Shown here piece after piece: positions 23,809-36,051 of a DNA stretch of 47,137 nt (position 1 is its first letter; every line of letters begins with the position of its first letter). The DNA is taken from assembly GCF_004010195.1 (NCBI RefSeq), contig NC_057719.1, positions 34,693,692 through 34,740,828 on the forward strand, read 5' to 3'. The position numbers were made by a program, and so were the translations under genes. The notes under the pieces were generated by a model that saw only the letters and a list, made by a program, of their open reading frames with translations, ran no database searches and had not been told where the DNA came from. The stretch comes from Chiloscyllium plagiosum (Eukaryota).

Positions 23809-25697
23809 CTGAAGGAATACACTACTGAGATGATCTGCTAATTGGTTTTCCTACCTCACAATAGCATCACCGCTCCTGAAGCCCTGAGGGCATTCCATGT
23901 CTCCCCAGATACTCAATCCCCACAAAGCTCATGCAGGTGGCACCAAGATACCTGACAAGAATGAACACTACCTTAGAGACCTACTGAAGCCAGGATGCTA
24001 GCCATTAGCACTCATCTCTGCAGATTAGCTAAAACTCTTGTTACAATTGTTAACTGATGGATACTGCTGGACAAACAATTGTTTTCTATTAACTGTAATG
24101 GAAACTGCATTGTCTTGTAATTAACATTTCACTACTGTAACCCTCTAAGAACTGTCTGTATCTGAAGTTCAGTGAAGAGAATCCTTGACTTGACTGTGCA
24201 AAGTGTCCATTTTGTATCAGTCCAGTCAATTTCTCTTCCTCACCATATGGTGAGAAATAAAACAGTGTCTGTCAATTTCACAAGATCTGTGTGTGACCTT
24301 TATTTGTAATTGGACAATTCTCTGACAGTTACTGTCCCAGTCATGTCACTAATTTTAATTGGACAGCAATTTTGACCAACCCAGAGCCCTAACATCTATC
24401 TGACGAGACTTGGAACCTTCTTTCAGTTATGGCAGTGAGACTCCCCAGCTGTTGAAAAGTATTAGACCTCAAATTTGACCATCTCTCCACAAGATTGCCT
24501 GATCCACTAAATATTTGCAAAGATTTGTTTCATTTTAGGCAATTTTTCTTTACTGCTTCCGTTGAGTTGCCTGCTCCAATTTCCCTAGCCTTGCAATCAC
24601 CCAGAATAGTCAAAACTAGGATTGAGTTTGCCATGAGTAAATATTCAAAAATAAAAAAAGTCAGGCCTGGTTTCAGTAAATCTGCTCCAGACTGAGACAG
24701 ATGTTCAGTCATTTCTTAATCTGGCACTGAGCTGTGTTCTAATATTTTGTTGGAATCATCCCAGCTGCCTCCTGACATCCACAAAACATCAAAAAGATTT
24801 GCAAATGCTAAAGATAAAACAATGTTCACCAGCAGGCTTTGGATTTAAGTAGTTACTCAATCTAAGATAAAGTCTACATTGAAGCGAAGTATCCATGTAT
24901 TGCATTTTTATTCAAACTGAATATAAATGGCATAGATGAACTCAACCAATAGCAGCTGCAGGAAACAATTGGGACAAAATGACAGCTGTGTACTTCTATA
25001 ACAATGCAACTTTCAAGCTACCAATTTCTAACAGCCAATTTAATGGGTCAGATGATGTAAGCAGCTACCATGATTAAAGAGCACCAGATTGCAAAACATG
25101 GACACCCACCAAAGATTACTATTGCCACCAAGAAAAGCAATGGAAAATGTGCAGTCCTGCCCAAAAAAAAGCTCTAGTTCATTAGCAACTATTCATCCAG
25201 TGAATATCATAATTATGAGAGTTGGTGGGAATCAGAATATCAGAAATACAGGAGTGAGAAAGGGAAAGCTATCTTGAGGGATGATGTTTCGCAACAGCAT
25301 TACTGTTAAATCTGTGAACAAAGGACTTAAAAATACTTTATTTCCAAATGAACTCCACATGAAATGAAAAGCATACAACAAGGTCTTACTTTCTTTAAAA
25401 AATGCACTTATTGAAAATTGGAAAAAAACCACTGCAGAGAGCTCCAAATCATTTATTTTCTTGCCAGCACCATTTCTTTATCAGCAATTCTGGGTAGAAT
25501 TATTTCAGTTTAATCCAGTGACCCAACAGCCAAAGGAATTATTTTCAATAAAATTAAATGCATTATTATAATAACTGAAAGTAAGTAATGGAAAAATTCA
25601 AAACACATTACACTTATATTTTTCAAGGATTAGGTTACAATCTTTTAACTTTTAATCTTTTAACAAATTGGGAACCAATAGCTTCGTTGAATTGGTA

Positions 25698-26053
25698 ACA
25701 GCCTATTGGTATTAATGCTGAACTGTTAATCCAGAGGCCCAGGGATGTTCTAGGGACATGGGTTGGATTTGAATTCCATGCAAATCTGGAATTAAGAGCC
25801 TAATGATGACCACAAATTCATTGTCAGTTGTTGGGAAAAAGGCCATTAACAATATCACTAGGCTGATGCCTCACCAACTGGTTTACTAATGTCCATTCGG
25901 GAAGCAACCTGCCATCCTTACCTGGTCTGGCCTACACGTGACTCCAGACCCACAGCAAGGTGGCTGACTCTTAACTGCCCTCTGGGCATTAGGGATGTAT
26001 GATGAATGCAGGCGTAGCAGTGACACCCTCATCTCATGAATGCATTAAAAAAA
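25698..26053 (+). mobile_element. Degenerate SINE, probably tRNA-derived, with LINE-like tail
   Basis: A-box-like agcctattggtatt; body repeated at 8570; A-rich tail. Confidence 0.65.
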
Positions 26054-26833
26054 CCTCAGTTCCTCATCTTCACACTCTTTGTCTGCATTACTCTAACTCC
26101 ACTGTTTTGTTGAGAATGACAAGTGAGCCATTCACTATTCTTGGCCATTGGATAAAAATAATTCCTATCATTTCTTTTCTGATTTTCACACTATCCAATG
26201 CCTCAAGGAGTGTTATTTAAACAAACGCAGAATGTCATAGATAATGTTTCAGATTTGGCTCAGCAGTATCATTCTGTCCTCAATTCAGGGAGTTGTGGAT
26301 TCTTGCCAAATCCCAGAGACTTAAGAAAGATTTTGCATGTATATAGAACATTTCACTTTAAATGTGTTTTAAATTAATCTTGTAATCTGCACATTGGACA
26401 TGGGTGTCTAAATTTCAGTCCCTAAAGTTGCTTGTGCTTTATCACCAGTTAAGTATCTTCACCTCTTCATATAGTGTAACATTCTTTCAGTTACATCTTT
26501 ACATAGTAAGTTATCAAATATGAATCTCCAGTAGAGTGTCTACTTCCTGTCTCTCTTCACATGCTCAATCTAAACAGGTCTTCTCTCTTCCTGATTTCAG
26601 AATCATGCCATTAATTACATCACTATGATTGACATAAATCTCAATACATTGCATTCCCCCACACTCACCTCTCCCATCCCCATGTTTCTTTGTACATATT
26701 GCACCTTATCCTAGTAGTTTGATTCTACTTATACAGTCACTATGATAATTAATATCATGACCATAATTATTACCATTATCGCTGTTATCACCATCTTTCC
26801 TCCTGCCAACCCTTAAAGGCCAAATTTCACAGA

Positions 26834-27237
26834 CCGTGATTTGGAGATGCCAGTGTTGGACTGGGGTGTACAAAGTTAAAAATCACACAACACCAGGTTA
26901 TAGTCCAATAGTTGTAACTGGAAGCACACTAGCTTTCGGAGCGTCGCTCCTTCATCAGGTGATAGTGGAGAGCTCAATCCTAACACACAGAATTTATAGC
27001 AAAACTTTACAGTGTGATGTAACTGAAATTATACATTAAAAAATTGATTGTCTGTTAAGTCTTTCATCTGTTTGAATACCATGATAGTTTCACTTCTTTC
27101 ATGTGTAAAACACAAAACCTTTTTTTAAATAGTTGCAATCTCAGGTTAGCTGTTAACAATGGTGATAGCTAGACAATATGTTGAAGGTGTTAGGCCCCTG
27201 TGATCTCTGTCTATGCCATGATGTTTAGATTGATTCT
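26834..27237 (-). mobile_element. Penelope-like pLTR/3' fragment (family C)
   Basis: Contains an intact hammerhead motif on the minus strand about 90 nt from the left end; boundaries approximate. Confidence 0.7.
26927..26961 (-). ncRNA. Minimal type I hammerhead ribozyme motif (family C), intact core
   Basis: CAC CUGAUGA A GGAGC gac GCUCC GAAA G CUA GUG: stem I CAC/GUG, 5-bp stem II, palindromic AGCU in place of stem III. Confidence 0.82.
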
Positions 27238-27380
27238 GTGTGCTCGTCTCCTGAACGGGGAGCAGACTTTAAAAACTCTGAGCCACAGAGGAAAAGCATT
27301 TAATCGATTTACTGGATAATCGATTATGCGAACAAAATAGTGCCCACCCATTTCATTCGGATAATCGAGGTTCCCCTGTA
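27238..27380 (-). mobile_element. One end of a Tigger/pogo-like DNA transposon or MITE
   Basis: Minus strand begins TA-caggggaacctcgattatccg with an internal gattatcc repeat, typical of Tigger-type TIRs; second end not found. Confidence 0.5.
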
Positions 27381-27894
27381 CACAGGACAAAAACAGCCAA
27401 TACCTACTGTTGTTTCTCACTGACGTTTTTCTCTAGTTGGTTTACCTTCCAACGTCTTCGGAGATTATCTTTGGCTTGGCATTTTTAACCTTTTTCCTAT
27501 TAACAGTTACTCATCAGTATTGTGCAGTGACTGAGTAGAACTAATTTCCAGGAAAGGTTGCATATCTCTGTTCAGCCTTTGTCAAAATGCCCAAAATAAA
27601 ATAGACTGATTTTCAGCAGTTTGCACTTGAATAAGGACCACTCCTAGCCCTCAGGATCATGTATCAACTGTAACAATAGTGAATAAATTGGGATTGTAAT
27701 TTCAGTTACAAAGTAACTTTTCCTTAATCGTTCCAAAAGTTCCATTCTATTCCAAACTCCAATGTAACCATGAGCCTTTTTTCAAAAGGTCTCTTATGGT
27801 TTGAGTAAGATTGGCTAACCTGGAGATAAGTTTCACTCAGAGAGTGAGTGCTGAGCCAGAGAAAGCAGCTCAGGTCAAAACAGCCCGGGAACTA

Positions 27895-28877
27895 TTGGCC
27901 GATAAATCTGACATCGGTAGTGGGTAAGTTGTTAAAGGTGATTCTGAAAGATTGGATTTACATGCATTTGGAGAGGCAAGGACTGATTAGGGATAGTCAG
28001 CATGGTTTTCTGTGAGGGAAATCATGTCTCACAAACTTGATTGAATTTTTTGAGGAGGTAACCAAAAAGATTGACAAGGACAGGGTGGCAGATGTTGTTT
28101 ACTTGGACTTTAGTAAAGTCTTTGCCAAGGTTCTGCAATGGTAGACTAATTAGTAGATCAGATCATGTAGCATTCAGGGTGAGCTTGCCAATGGATACAA
28201 AGTAGGCTTTACAGTAGGAGACAGAAAGTGGTGGTGGAGGGTTGTCTTTTGGACCGGAGGCCTATGACCATCAGTGTTCCACAGAGATCAGTGCTGGGTC
28301 TACTTTATTTGTCATTTATATAAATGAGTTTGATGAGAATATAGGAGGCATGGTTAATAAAATGGTGACATATAGATAATGAAGAAAGTTATCTAACATT
28401 ACAAAGAGATCTTGATCAATTGAGTCAATGGGATGAGGACTGCCAGATGGAGCTTAATTTGGATAAATGTGAGATATTGCATTTTGACAAAGCAAACAAG
28501 GGCAGCACTTATATAGTTAATGGTGAGACCCTGAGTAGTGTTGTCGAACAGAGAGACCTAAGGGCTCAGGTTCATAATTCTTTGAAATTTGTGTCACAGG
28601 TAGACAGGGTAGTTAAGAAGGCATTTAGCTCCCTTGCTTCATTGTTCAGACCTTTGAGTATAAGAGTTAGGATGTCATTTTGAGGTTGTGCAGGACATTG
28701 ATGAAGCCTCTTCTAGAGTATTGTGTGCCGTTCTGGTTACCCTGTTATAGGACGGATACCATTAAACTGGAGATGGTTCAAGAAAGATTTACCAGAATGT
28801 TGCCAGGAATAGAGGGTTTGAGCTGTACAAAAAGGCTGGATAGGCTGGGACTTCTTTCACTGGAGCGTACAGATTGA
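27895..28877 (+). mobile_element. CR1 RT fragment
   Basis: SCLTNLIEFFEEVTK, YLDFSK, LEYCVPFWLPCYR. Confidence 0.88.
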
Positions 28878-28879
28878 TT

Positions 28880-30660
28880 ACCATTGTGGTCCATAATGGG
28901 CCCTACACTTTCCTTTGTTATCCTTAATGTATCTGTGAAAGAAAATAAGGATTTTCCTTTATTTTACCTGGCATTACTTCATGCCTCCTGATTTCATTTT
29001 AAGTTTCCCTCACACATTCTCCACTCCTCTGGGGCTTCTCTGTTTTGAGCCCTCAGTTTCTGCAATAAGCCTCCTTTTTTTCTTCATCCAATCCTAAATA
29101 TCACTGGATAGTCAGTGCTCACAGAATTTGTTGGTCCCACCCTTTGTCTTTATTAGAACATGTTGGCCCTATGCTCTCCCTATTTCCTTCTTGAATGCAT
29201 CCCACCACTCTAACACAGATTTACCGAAAAGGTATCTGCTCCCAGTCCACTCCAGCCAAATCTGCCCTGATCTTAGTAAAATTGGCCCTCACCCAGTTTA
29301 GAACTTTGATTTCAGGCTTACCCTTATCTGTTTACATAACAATCTTGAATCTAACAGGATTATAATCAAGGTCTGTAAAATGCATCCCCATTGATATATC
29401 TTCACCTAAAATTAAGTCCAGGACTGTTCCATCTCTTGGGAGACCCTCTACATGCTTGTTTAAAAAATCTCTTCTGGATGCATTTTAAGAATTTCACTCC
29501 CTGTAAACATTTCATATTATGACGACCCTAGTTAATGTTGGGAAATTTGAAATCGTTACTATCACTATCCTACTCTTTTTATACTTCTCTGCAATTTGGC
29601 AATTTGGACTGTTAGGGGCCTGATAGTACAGTCCAGTCATGTGATTACTCCCCTTTAGTTTTTAACTTCTACCCATATGGCTCCTGTTGAGGAACATTTT
29701 AAGATATCATCCCTTCTTACTGCTATAATTGATCCCTGATGAATATTGTAACACCTCATCCTTGTCTACCTCCTTCCCTGTCTCACCTGACGATCCTATA
29801 TCTTGGAATGTTGAACTGCCAGTCCTGCCCCTCTCTCTCAACCATATCTCAGTAACAGCAATTACATCGTACCCCCAATGTTTTAGTTTGTAACCACATT
29901 TTTCATCGATGCCCTTGCTTTAAAATAAATACCATCCAATCTCCCTTGTGCCTTAACTGGTCTACAACTGTTATGCCTCCCTAACTGATTTGCTGTCTCT
30001 TCTCATGTTGGTTGTTCACTGCCACTTGCCCCTGTCCCCTGCCAAATTAGTTTAAATTGCCCCTACAGCACAACCAAATCTCCCCACAAAGATACTGGTC
30101 CCAATCTGGTTCAGGTGCAAACCATCTGCCTTGTATTGGTCCTGCCAACCCATAAGAATGGTCTCAATATCCCAGACATCTAAACTACCCCCTCCTCCCA
30201 CACCATCTCTCCAACCATGTATTCATCTGGATTGACCTCTTATTTATATACTCACTAACGTGGGCACTGGGAAGTAATCCAGAGATTACTGTCTTTTTGG
30301 GTCCAGTTCCTTAAACTAGTTTCTCGCTTCCTAAACTCAGCTTTCAGGATCTCATCCATTTTTCTGCCTATATCATTGGCACTAATACCTACCAGGATCT
30401 ATGTCTCTTTACCCTCCCAATTCAGAATGCTCTGCACCATTCAGTAGCTTCCCTGACCTGGCACTGGGGAGGGAACATACCATTCCGGAGTTTCTCCTGC
30501 GACTGCCTCTCTGCTCCCTTTATGAATGAGTCCCCTCCCATGATAGCCCTGTCACTCTTATTCCTTCTTTCTTTTGGAGCAAACTCACCCATGGTGCCAC
30601 AAAGCTGTTTGTTACTGCTTTCCTCTGCACAGATATCTTCCCCAACAGTATCCAAAACAG
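28880..30660 (-). mobile_element. Old CR1 fragment (ORF1 esterase and ORF2 endonuclease)
   Basis: DTVGED...RAIMGGDSFIKG, DGLHLNQIG, tttaaactaa ORF1 end, degenerate APE. Confidence 0.8.
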
Positions 30661-30767
30661 CATCCAGCTACAGCTGATAATGAAACAATAATGTACTTTG
30701 AAGCAGTATTTATAACCAAACAAGAGAGGATGTGTAATGTTGTCTGTCTCTGGAGCAATGTGCTTAC

Positions 30768-30843
30768 CATAAAACTCCATAAACGGGTGCTCTGCTGGAA
30801 GCTTTTTGCCAGAACTCTCCTCATCGACAACATACAGAATAAT
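30768..30843 (-). CDS. Candidate small host-gene exon (IILYVVDEESSGKKLPAEHPFMEFY; a second frame is also open)
   Basis: Pyrimidine tract plus AG acceptor (30844-30845) and GTAAGC donor (30762-30767) in non-repeat DNA; protein not recognised. Confidence 0.4.
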
Positions 30844-30901
30844 CTTTGTCAGGAAGTTAAGAAGGAGGAACGCCACAGACATATGCATTTAAATAACTTA
30901 C

Positions 30902-30950
30902 TTGTATATTTAAGTATTTGATGACACTCATAAATGTTTTCTTCCAATCA
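30902..30950 (-). CDS. Candidate 49-nt host exon (DWKKTFMSVIKYLNIQ)
   Basis: Acceptor ttgcttttgtgttctcAG, donor GTAAGT; single open frame, in phase with the downstream candidate exon. Confidence 0.4.
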
Positions 30951-31511
30951 CTGAGAACACAAAAGCAATTGGTTAATATTTAAATTAAATAGACACCACT
31001 ATAATTTGTTTGTTTCATTCATACAGTTACAACAAATAAAAACTTAATCATTTAAACAAACACAATGTCTCCTCCCTATGTAACATTTTCATTTGCAGTT
31101 TTGATATGGTCACCAAACGTGGCCAAGAAGTAATAGGTCTTGGTAGGGAATTTTTCTTTTTTTTAACAGAATTCAGCAATGATGACTAGTGACCCATAAC
31201 AAAGAACTGGTTCATGCACAATATCATGAACAGTAACCTTGGCTTTCCTTTCAATCAGGCCTGCTACCAACTCCACTCTTCAGTCAGATGCTAGGTTTCA
31301 GAGCAGCATGATTCACTGTTCACCTAACAGTACGTTTATGCTCAAAGTCTTACCTTATGCTATAGCAGAGAGGAAGAATTTTCCACATGTGGAATTCCAG
31401 CACAAGCCCCTATCTCATCAGTCTCACTGGCAAGGTGTGCTGAAACTTCTGCTAGTTATTTATATTTCTCCAAACATTTCTGTGCCTCCTTCTCACCACT
31501 ATCTGTTTACA

Positions 31512-31809
31512 GTGGCATGGTGGCTCAGCAGTTAGCACTGCTGTCTCACAGCGCCAGAGACCCAGGTTCAATTCCGGCCTCAGGTGACTGCCTGTGTGGA
31601 ATTTGCACGTTCACCCATGGCTGCATGGGTTTCCTCCCACAGTCCAAAGATGTGCAGGTTAGGTAAATTGACCATGTTAAATTGCCCACAGTGTTTCAGG
31701 GATGTGTAGGTTTGGTGCATTAGTCAGGGGAAATATAGGGTCGGGGTCTGGGTTGGTGTGGACTTGTTGGGCCAAATGGCCTGTTTCCACACCTGTAGGG
31801 ATTCTGTGA
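31512..31809 (+). mobile_element. HE1-type V-SINE (tRNA-derived)
   Basis: A box tggctcagcagttagc, B box ggttcaattcc, V domain tgtgtggaatttgcacgttc..cctcccacagtccaaaga, CR1-like tail. Confidence 0.9.
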
Positions 31810-32059
31810 CTACTCCTTCTATTGAACTATTATATTTGAGCTGAAAGATTTTCATATTATATCTACACAGATGCTAAATGACTAAATAGCAATGAAACTT
31901 TTCATAATTGACTGCTTTTGCCTGACCTTCTTAGCCTCAGCCTCCAACTGTCAAAATCTTTCTATCTTCCTAGCCAATGCCAACTGTCCTGAGGCTGTTA
32001 AGACAATGGAAAGATAGATCCCTCCTATGTTCTTCAGCAGTTTTGTTTTCCACTGATCC

Positions 32060-32078
32060 TACACAGCAGGGGGCAAAC
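32060..32078 (+). promoter_or_regulatory. Candidate CTCF motif
   Basis: acaCAGCAGGGGGCAaa in non-repeat DNA; motif match only. Confidence 0.3.
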
Positions 32079-32739
32079 ACCTGCCACTCCAAGAAATTAC
32101 AAGCTGTTCAGAGGCTACTGCATATCCTCAAGGCATTAAATATTTATTAAAGCGAAATGCTGAGAAGATGCCAAATTTTGAGATGGCTTCTCAATCCTAC
32201 CACAAACTCCCAGAGGAATCTATTGTGGTGCGTAACTGAGAGCAATTTACACTAAAAACAAAGAAGATTATGTACATTTTCCTTGAATTTGCACACAGTC
32301 CTCTACAGTAAAGGCAAACATCGCATTCTGATCACAAGATGATAAATAATTCAAGTTAAAAATTAGCTTTTTAAATTAGTTCCATTATTATGACTATTAG
32401 GGTATGTTAATCAGGTTCAGTAATAATGATTCCTCGTAAGTGTACTAGTGCACACAATATTCACATAAAATTTCTATGCATTGTTTTACCACAAATATAA
32501 GATTTAATCCAAATTTTTATGGAAACAACTACTTGCATATTAAACAGTATGCAAACAATTTGTACAAAATATCTGACCATTCCATTTTTTAAAAAATCTC
32601 TCTCCACGTTCCTCTGCATCTCAGAGCTCTACAATCACTCACCATTTAAACAATACACTTCTTATTTTATTCTATCCTGCAAAAATAGGCAATTTCATAT
32701 TTTCTTAGATTATACTCTATTTGCCAGCAGTTGCCCAAT

Positions 32740-33060
32740 CGCATAACCAATCTATACCCCTTTGTAGCCTTTTTGTATCTTCTTCACAACTTACTTTCCT
32801 CCCTAGATTTGTGTAATCAGCAAATGTAGCTACCAGACCTCTGTCCTTTCATCTAAGACATTTATATAAATTGTAAGTAGTTGAGGGACCTGCATTGACC
32901 CTGTGCCACTACTCATTACATCTTTCCAATCTGAAATTGAGCCATAAATGATTATTGTTTCCTTTTAGTTAGCCAATCTTCTATCCATGACAATAAGTGG
33001 TCACTCACGCCACTGGTTTTTATTTGCTGTAATAACCTTAGATGTGACATCTCATCAAAT
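32740..33060 (-). mobile_element. Old CR1 RT fragment
   Basis: Minus strand QGQCRSL / FADYTNL remnants of the PQGSVL and KFADDTK motifs. Confidence 0.65.
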
Positions 33061-33213
33061 GATCAGTTGAATTTAGAGGCAGGTGGGGTGAAAATGAGGA
33101 CAAGGGGAGCAAAAAGGAAGGCACGTCGGAAGAGGTGGAGTGGCAAGTTGTTTCATCAGGCACACACAGACAGAGGACAGAATCTTACCTGAAATTGCCA
33201 ATTATCAATTTTG

Positions 33214-33433
33214 AAGAGAAAATGAGGTCTGCAGATGCTGGAGATCAGAGATGGAAATGTGTTGCTGGAGAAGCGCAGCAGGTCAGGCAGCATCTAGGGA
33301 ACAGGAGAATCAACCTTTCGGGCATTAGCCCTTCTTCAGGATTCCTGAAGAAGGGCTAATGCCCGAAACGTCGATTCTCCTGTTCCCTAGATGCTGCCTG
33401 ACCTGCTGCGCTTCTCCAGCAACACATTTCCAT
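33214..33433. mobile_element. Penelope-like inverted pLTR insertion (family A), young
   Basis: Near-perfect palindrome 33250-33434 centred at 33342; 36-nt left tail; perfect 15-bp TSD caattatcaattttg (33199-33213 / 33434-33448). Confidence 0.9.
33339..33378 (+). ncRNA. Minimal hammerhead ribozyme motif (family A), intact core
   Basis: ggauuc CUGAAGA A GGGC uaau GCCC GAAA C GUC gauucu; predicted cleavage after 33372. Confidence 0.78.
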
Positions 33434-33964
33434 CAATTATCAATTTTGGCCAGTTTCATAGAGGGTTTCTCACCGTGTGCACTAGTAAACTTTCTCATGC
33501 TATTTTCCCAAACTCACCTCATTACTCATGTACAACATCAGAATGGTGTGCTGCTCATCACATTATCCCACTCAGTAAAGACAGTAGTACTGGCCACGGC
33601 CAGGACCTTCCAGAATCCCTGGCACTGGTGCAATTTTAAACACCGAACTGTGGACCCGGTCAAGTGCTGGCAGTCTTCAGCTGGCCTGTAGAATTCCTGT
33701 AAATTGTTCTGGATGCATTGGAACTAGGGCAGTAGCCACCTTGCTTTGTCAACAGGGAGGTGCTGATGAACAGGAGTTACATGTGGTTGCTTCCCATTGA
33801 GCGTACCAAGGTGTTGGTGATGGCTGGCGAGAAGCAGAGAGAATCGTGTTACCGCTCGGACTTTCATGTTGGGAATTATCACCACTCATTTCTATCCAGT
33901 GGATGGGAGAGTGGGAAACTGCATAGTATTGAGGGGAGAAGACGTAATGATACAGATGTTAATC

Positions 33965-34320
33965 CATGCCCAGTCCTTGCAAGCCAACCTTCCATCCACT
34001 GACTCCATCTACACTTCCCACTGTCTTGGTCAGACTCCTCTGACCCCGATTACAATCTCTTCCAACCTCTTCCATTGGGCAGAAGATACAAAAGCTTAAA
34101 TTTACGTGCCAACAGATTCAAGAACAGCTTCTTCCCTGCTGTTATTGGACTTCTGAATGGACCTCTCAAATTTTTAATTAAATGTTGATCTGACTCATTG
34201 TAACAGCTTCTCCGCCAGGTGTAACATTGTATTCTTCACTCTGTTCTATTATTCTGGTGCGCTTCGTGTGGTATGATCTGCCTGTAGTGTACGCAAACAA
34301 AACTTTCTTACCAATGTTCA
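33965..34320 (+). mobile_element. Rex1-like 3' fragment
   Basis: ANLPSTDSIYTSHC, LPLGRRYKSL..RFKNSFFPAVI; homologous to 19735-20050. Confidence 0.75.
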
Positions 34321-34829
34321 CATCATTTAGTGGATCAGACTTTTCGCTCAGAAAGACAAGGAACATGGACTGGAGTCTGTACAGGTACCAGACTGTGAAG
34401 AAATGTAGTTGAGGTTGCTATAGGAACCTGTAAGCTTATAACGAATGCTGTTCGATACTCTATTCACTAGAAATGGAAACAGATTACTCACAAAAGAAAA
34501 AATAAGAAATGAATCACACAAAGATGAGAGAAGGGTGGAAAGTGGAAGCAAAGTTGATGACATTTTCTTGCTCAACAGAAACCAGGAAAAAAAATAATGG
34601 TGGGAAATTGACTAGAACTGGAACAAGGAATGCTCCACATAACACACAAAAAGATACATTTAGATTCTTACAGCAACAATAAGTAAAATGTTGATCAGAC
34701 AGACAGACAAGGATAATAATGGATTGGATCTGGCTCCATTCAACAAAAAAGCAGAGAGTTCTCAGGCCTCGTGAAAATTTCCCAAGTGAAAAGGAAACAG
34801 TTACAGCCAGGAAACTGTTCAAAGAATGT

Positions 34830-35380
34830 GTCAGAAGGGTAACAGATGTATGAGAGAAGAGATCGAATAGTGGTAAAAATCAAAATTAGTGTCATGATAG
34901 GATGAAAACAGTTCTGTGGGACAGGTCCAGGTTAAAGCAAAGACTTTATTAGAGTAGGCCTGTTTGTGCATCTTGGGAAGGAGATAGAATTGATCTGTTA
35001 ACATTTGGAGTGCTATGAGGTTTGAAGCTATGGAGGGCAAATCTCCAGAAAAGTGAGATCAGTGACAGTCCTGGAAACAATGCCTTGATGTTCAGTGATG
35101 GGTCACATTCTAAGGAAAGTTGTCTGCTGACATTCGGTCTCTGCTCGGAATAGGACATGTAGATCAAACAATAAGGCATCACTTCTGTCGGCAAATTTGA
35201 TGGCGATGTCAGAGTTAAACTTTAGGGAATAAAATTCTGCAAGTTCAGAGAAAGATAGATTGGAGAGAGTGAAGGGAGCAGAATATTGAGCTGGCTAGTT
35301 CTCAGTGAAGAGATCATGGGAGGGGAAAGACCATAGGGAGGGTTCTAGGTGGAGAGTGAACTGTGGAGATGGGTAATATA
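34830..35380 (-). mobile_element. Old Penelope ORF fragment (RT N-terminal region)
   Basis: FYLLPKMHK...TCPTELFSSY resembles the PLE RT motif FYLLPKIHK..SCPTELIS. Confidence 0.7.
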
Positions 35381-35635
35381 AACCATAGCACATCAGAGCA
35401 GCAACAGGCCATTCAGCCCATTAAGTCCATTCCACCATCCAATGAGGTCATGGCTGATCTGAAAATCCTCAACTCTACATTCCAGCTTTTCCCTTTATTC
35501 TTTGAGTGCAATCCTTTATTCTGACATCATGCCCCTTGCCTTAAATTCTCCCACAACAGGAAACAGCCTCTCCACATCTACCTTCTTAATTGCCCTAAGA
35601 ATCTTGTATGTTTTCATGAGGTTGCCTCACATTAA

Positions 35636-35749
35636 TTAGATTAGATTAGATTGGATTAGATTAGATTACTTACAGTGTGGAAACAGGCCCTTCGGCCCAA
35701 CAAGTCCACACCGACCCGCCGAAGCGTAACCCACCCATTCCCCTACATT
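35636..35749 (-). mobile_element. 3' tail of an HE1 SINE/CR1 with (ATTAG)n microsatellite
   Basis: Reverse complement of ggtgtggacttgttgggcc.aa.ggcctgtttccacac as at about 31755-31792; acatt repeated at both junctions. Confidence 0.8.
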
Positions 35750-35989
35750 CTTCTGTATTCCAACAAGTACAGGACCAATCTACTCAATCTTGTCTCATAA
35801 TACAGTCTGTCCTTACCTGGTATCAGCCCAGTGAACCTTCTCTGGATTACCTCCAATGCTAGTATATTTTTGCGCGGATAAGGGGCCCAAAAATGTTCAC
35901 AGTATTCCAGCTGTGACCTGACAACTGCCTAGTATAATCTTAGCAAAACCTCCCTACGTTGTATCCATATATCTATTGTTATAGATATA

Positions 35990-36051
35990 TAACTTGTGAC
36001 CTGACTGCCCCTACGTGACTTCTCCTTATCTTGATTAGATTCTACTTCTAT
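35990..36051 (-). repeat. 62-bp inverted copy of ERV LTR U3
   Basis: Exact reverse complement of 36896-36957 (and 44714-44775). Confidence 0.95.

Noticed and set aside
31512..31580. tRNA gene
   Set aside because: The A/B boxes belong to a SINE head followed by a V domain and LINE tail.
12330..33433. Palindromic elements as DNA-transposon MITEs, terminators or CRISPR repeats
   Set aside because: Asymmetric arms, long TSDs, hammerhead cores and a linked GIY-YIG fragment indicate Penelope origin; there is no repeat-spacer array.
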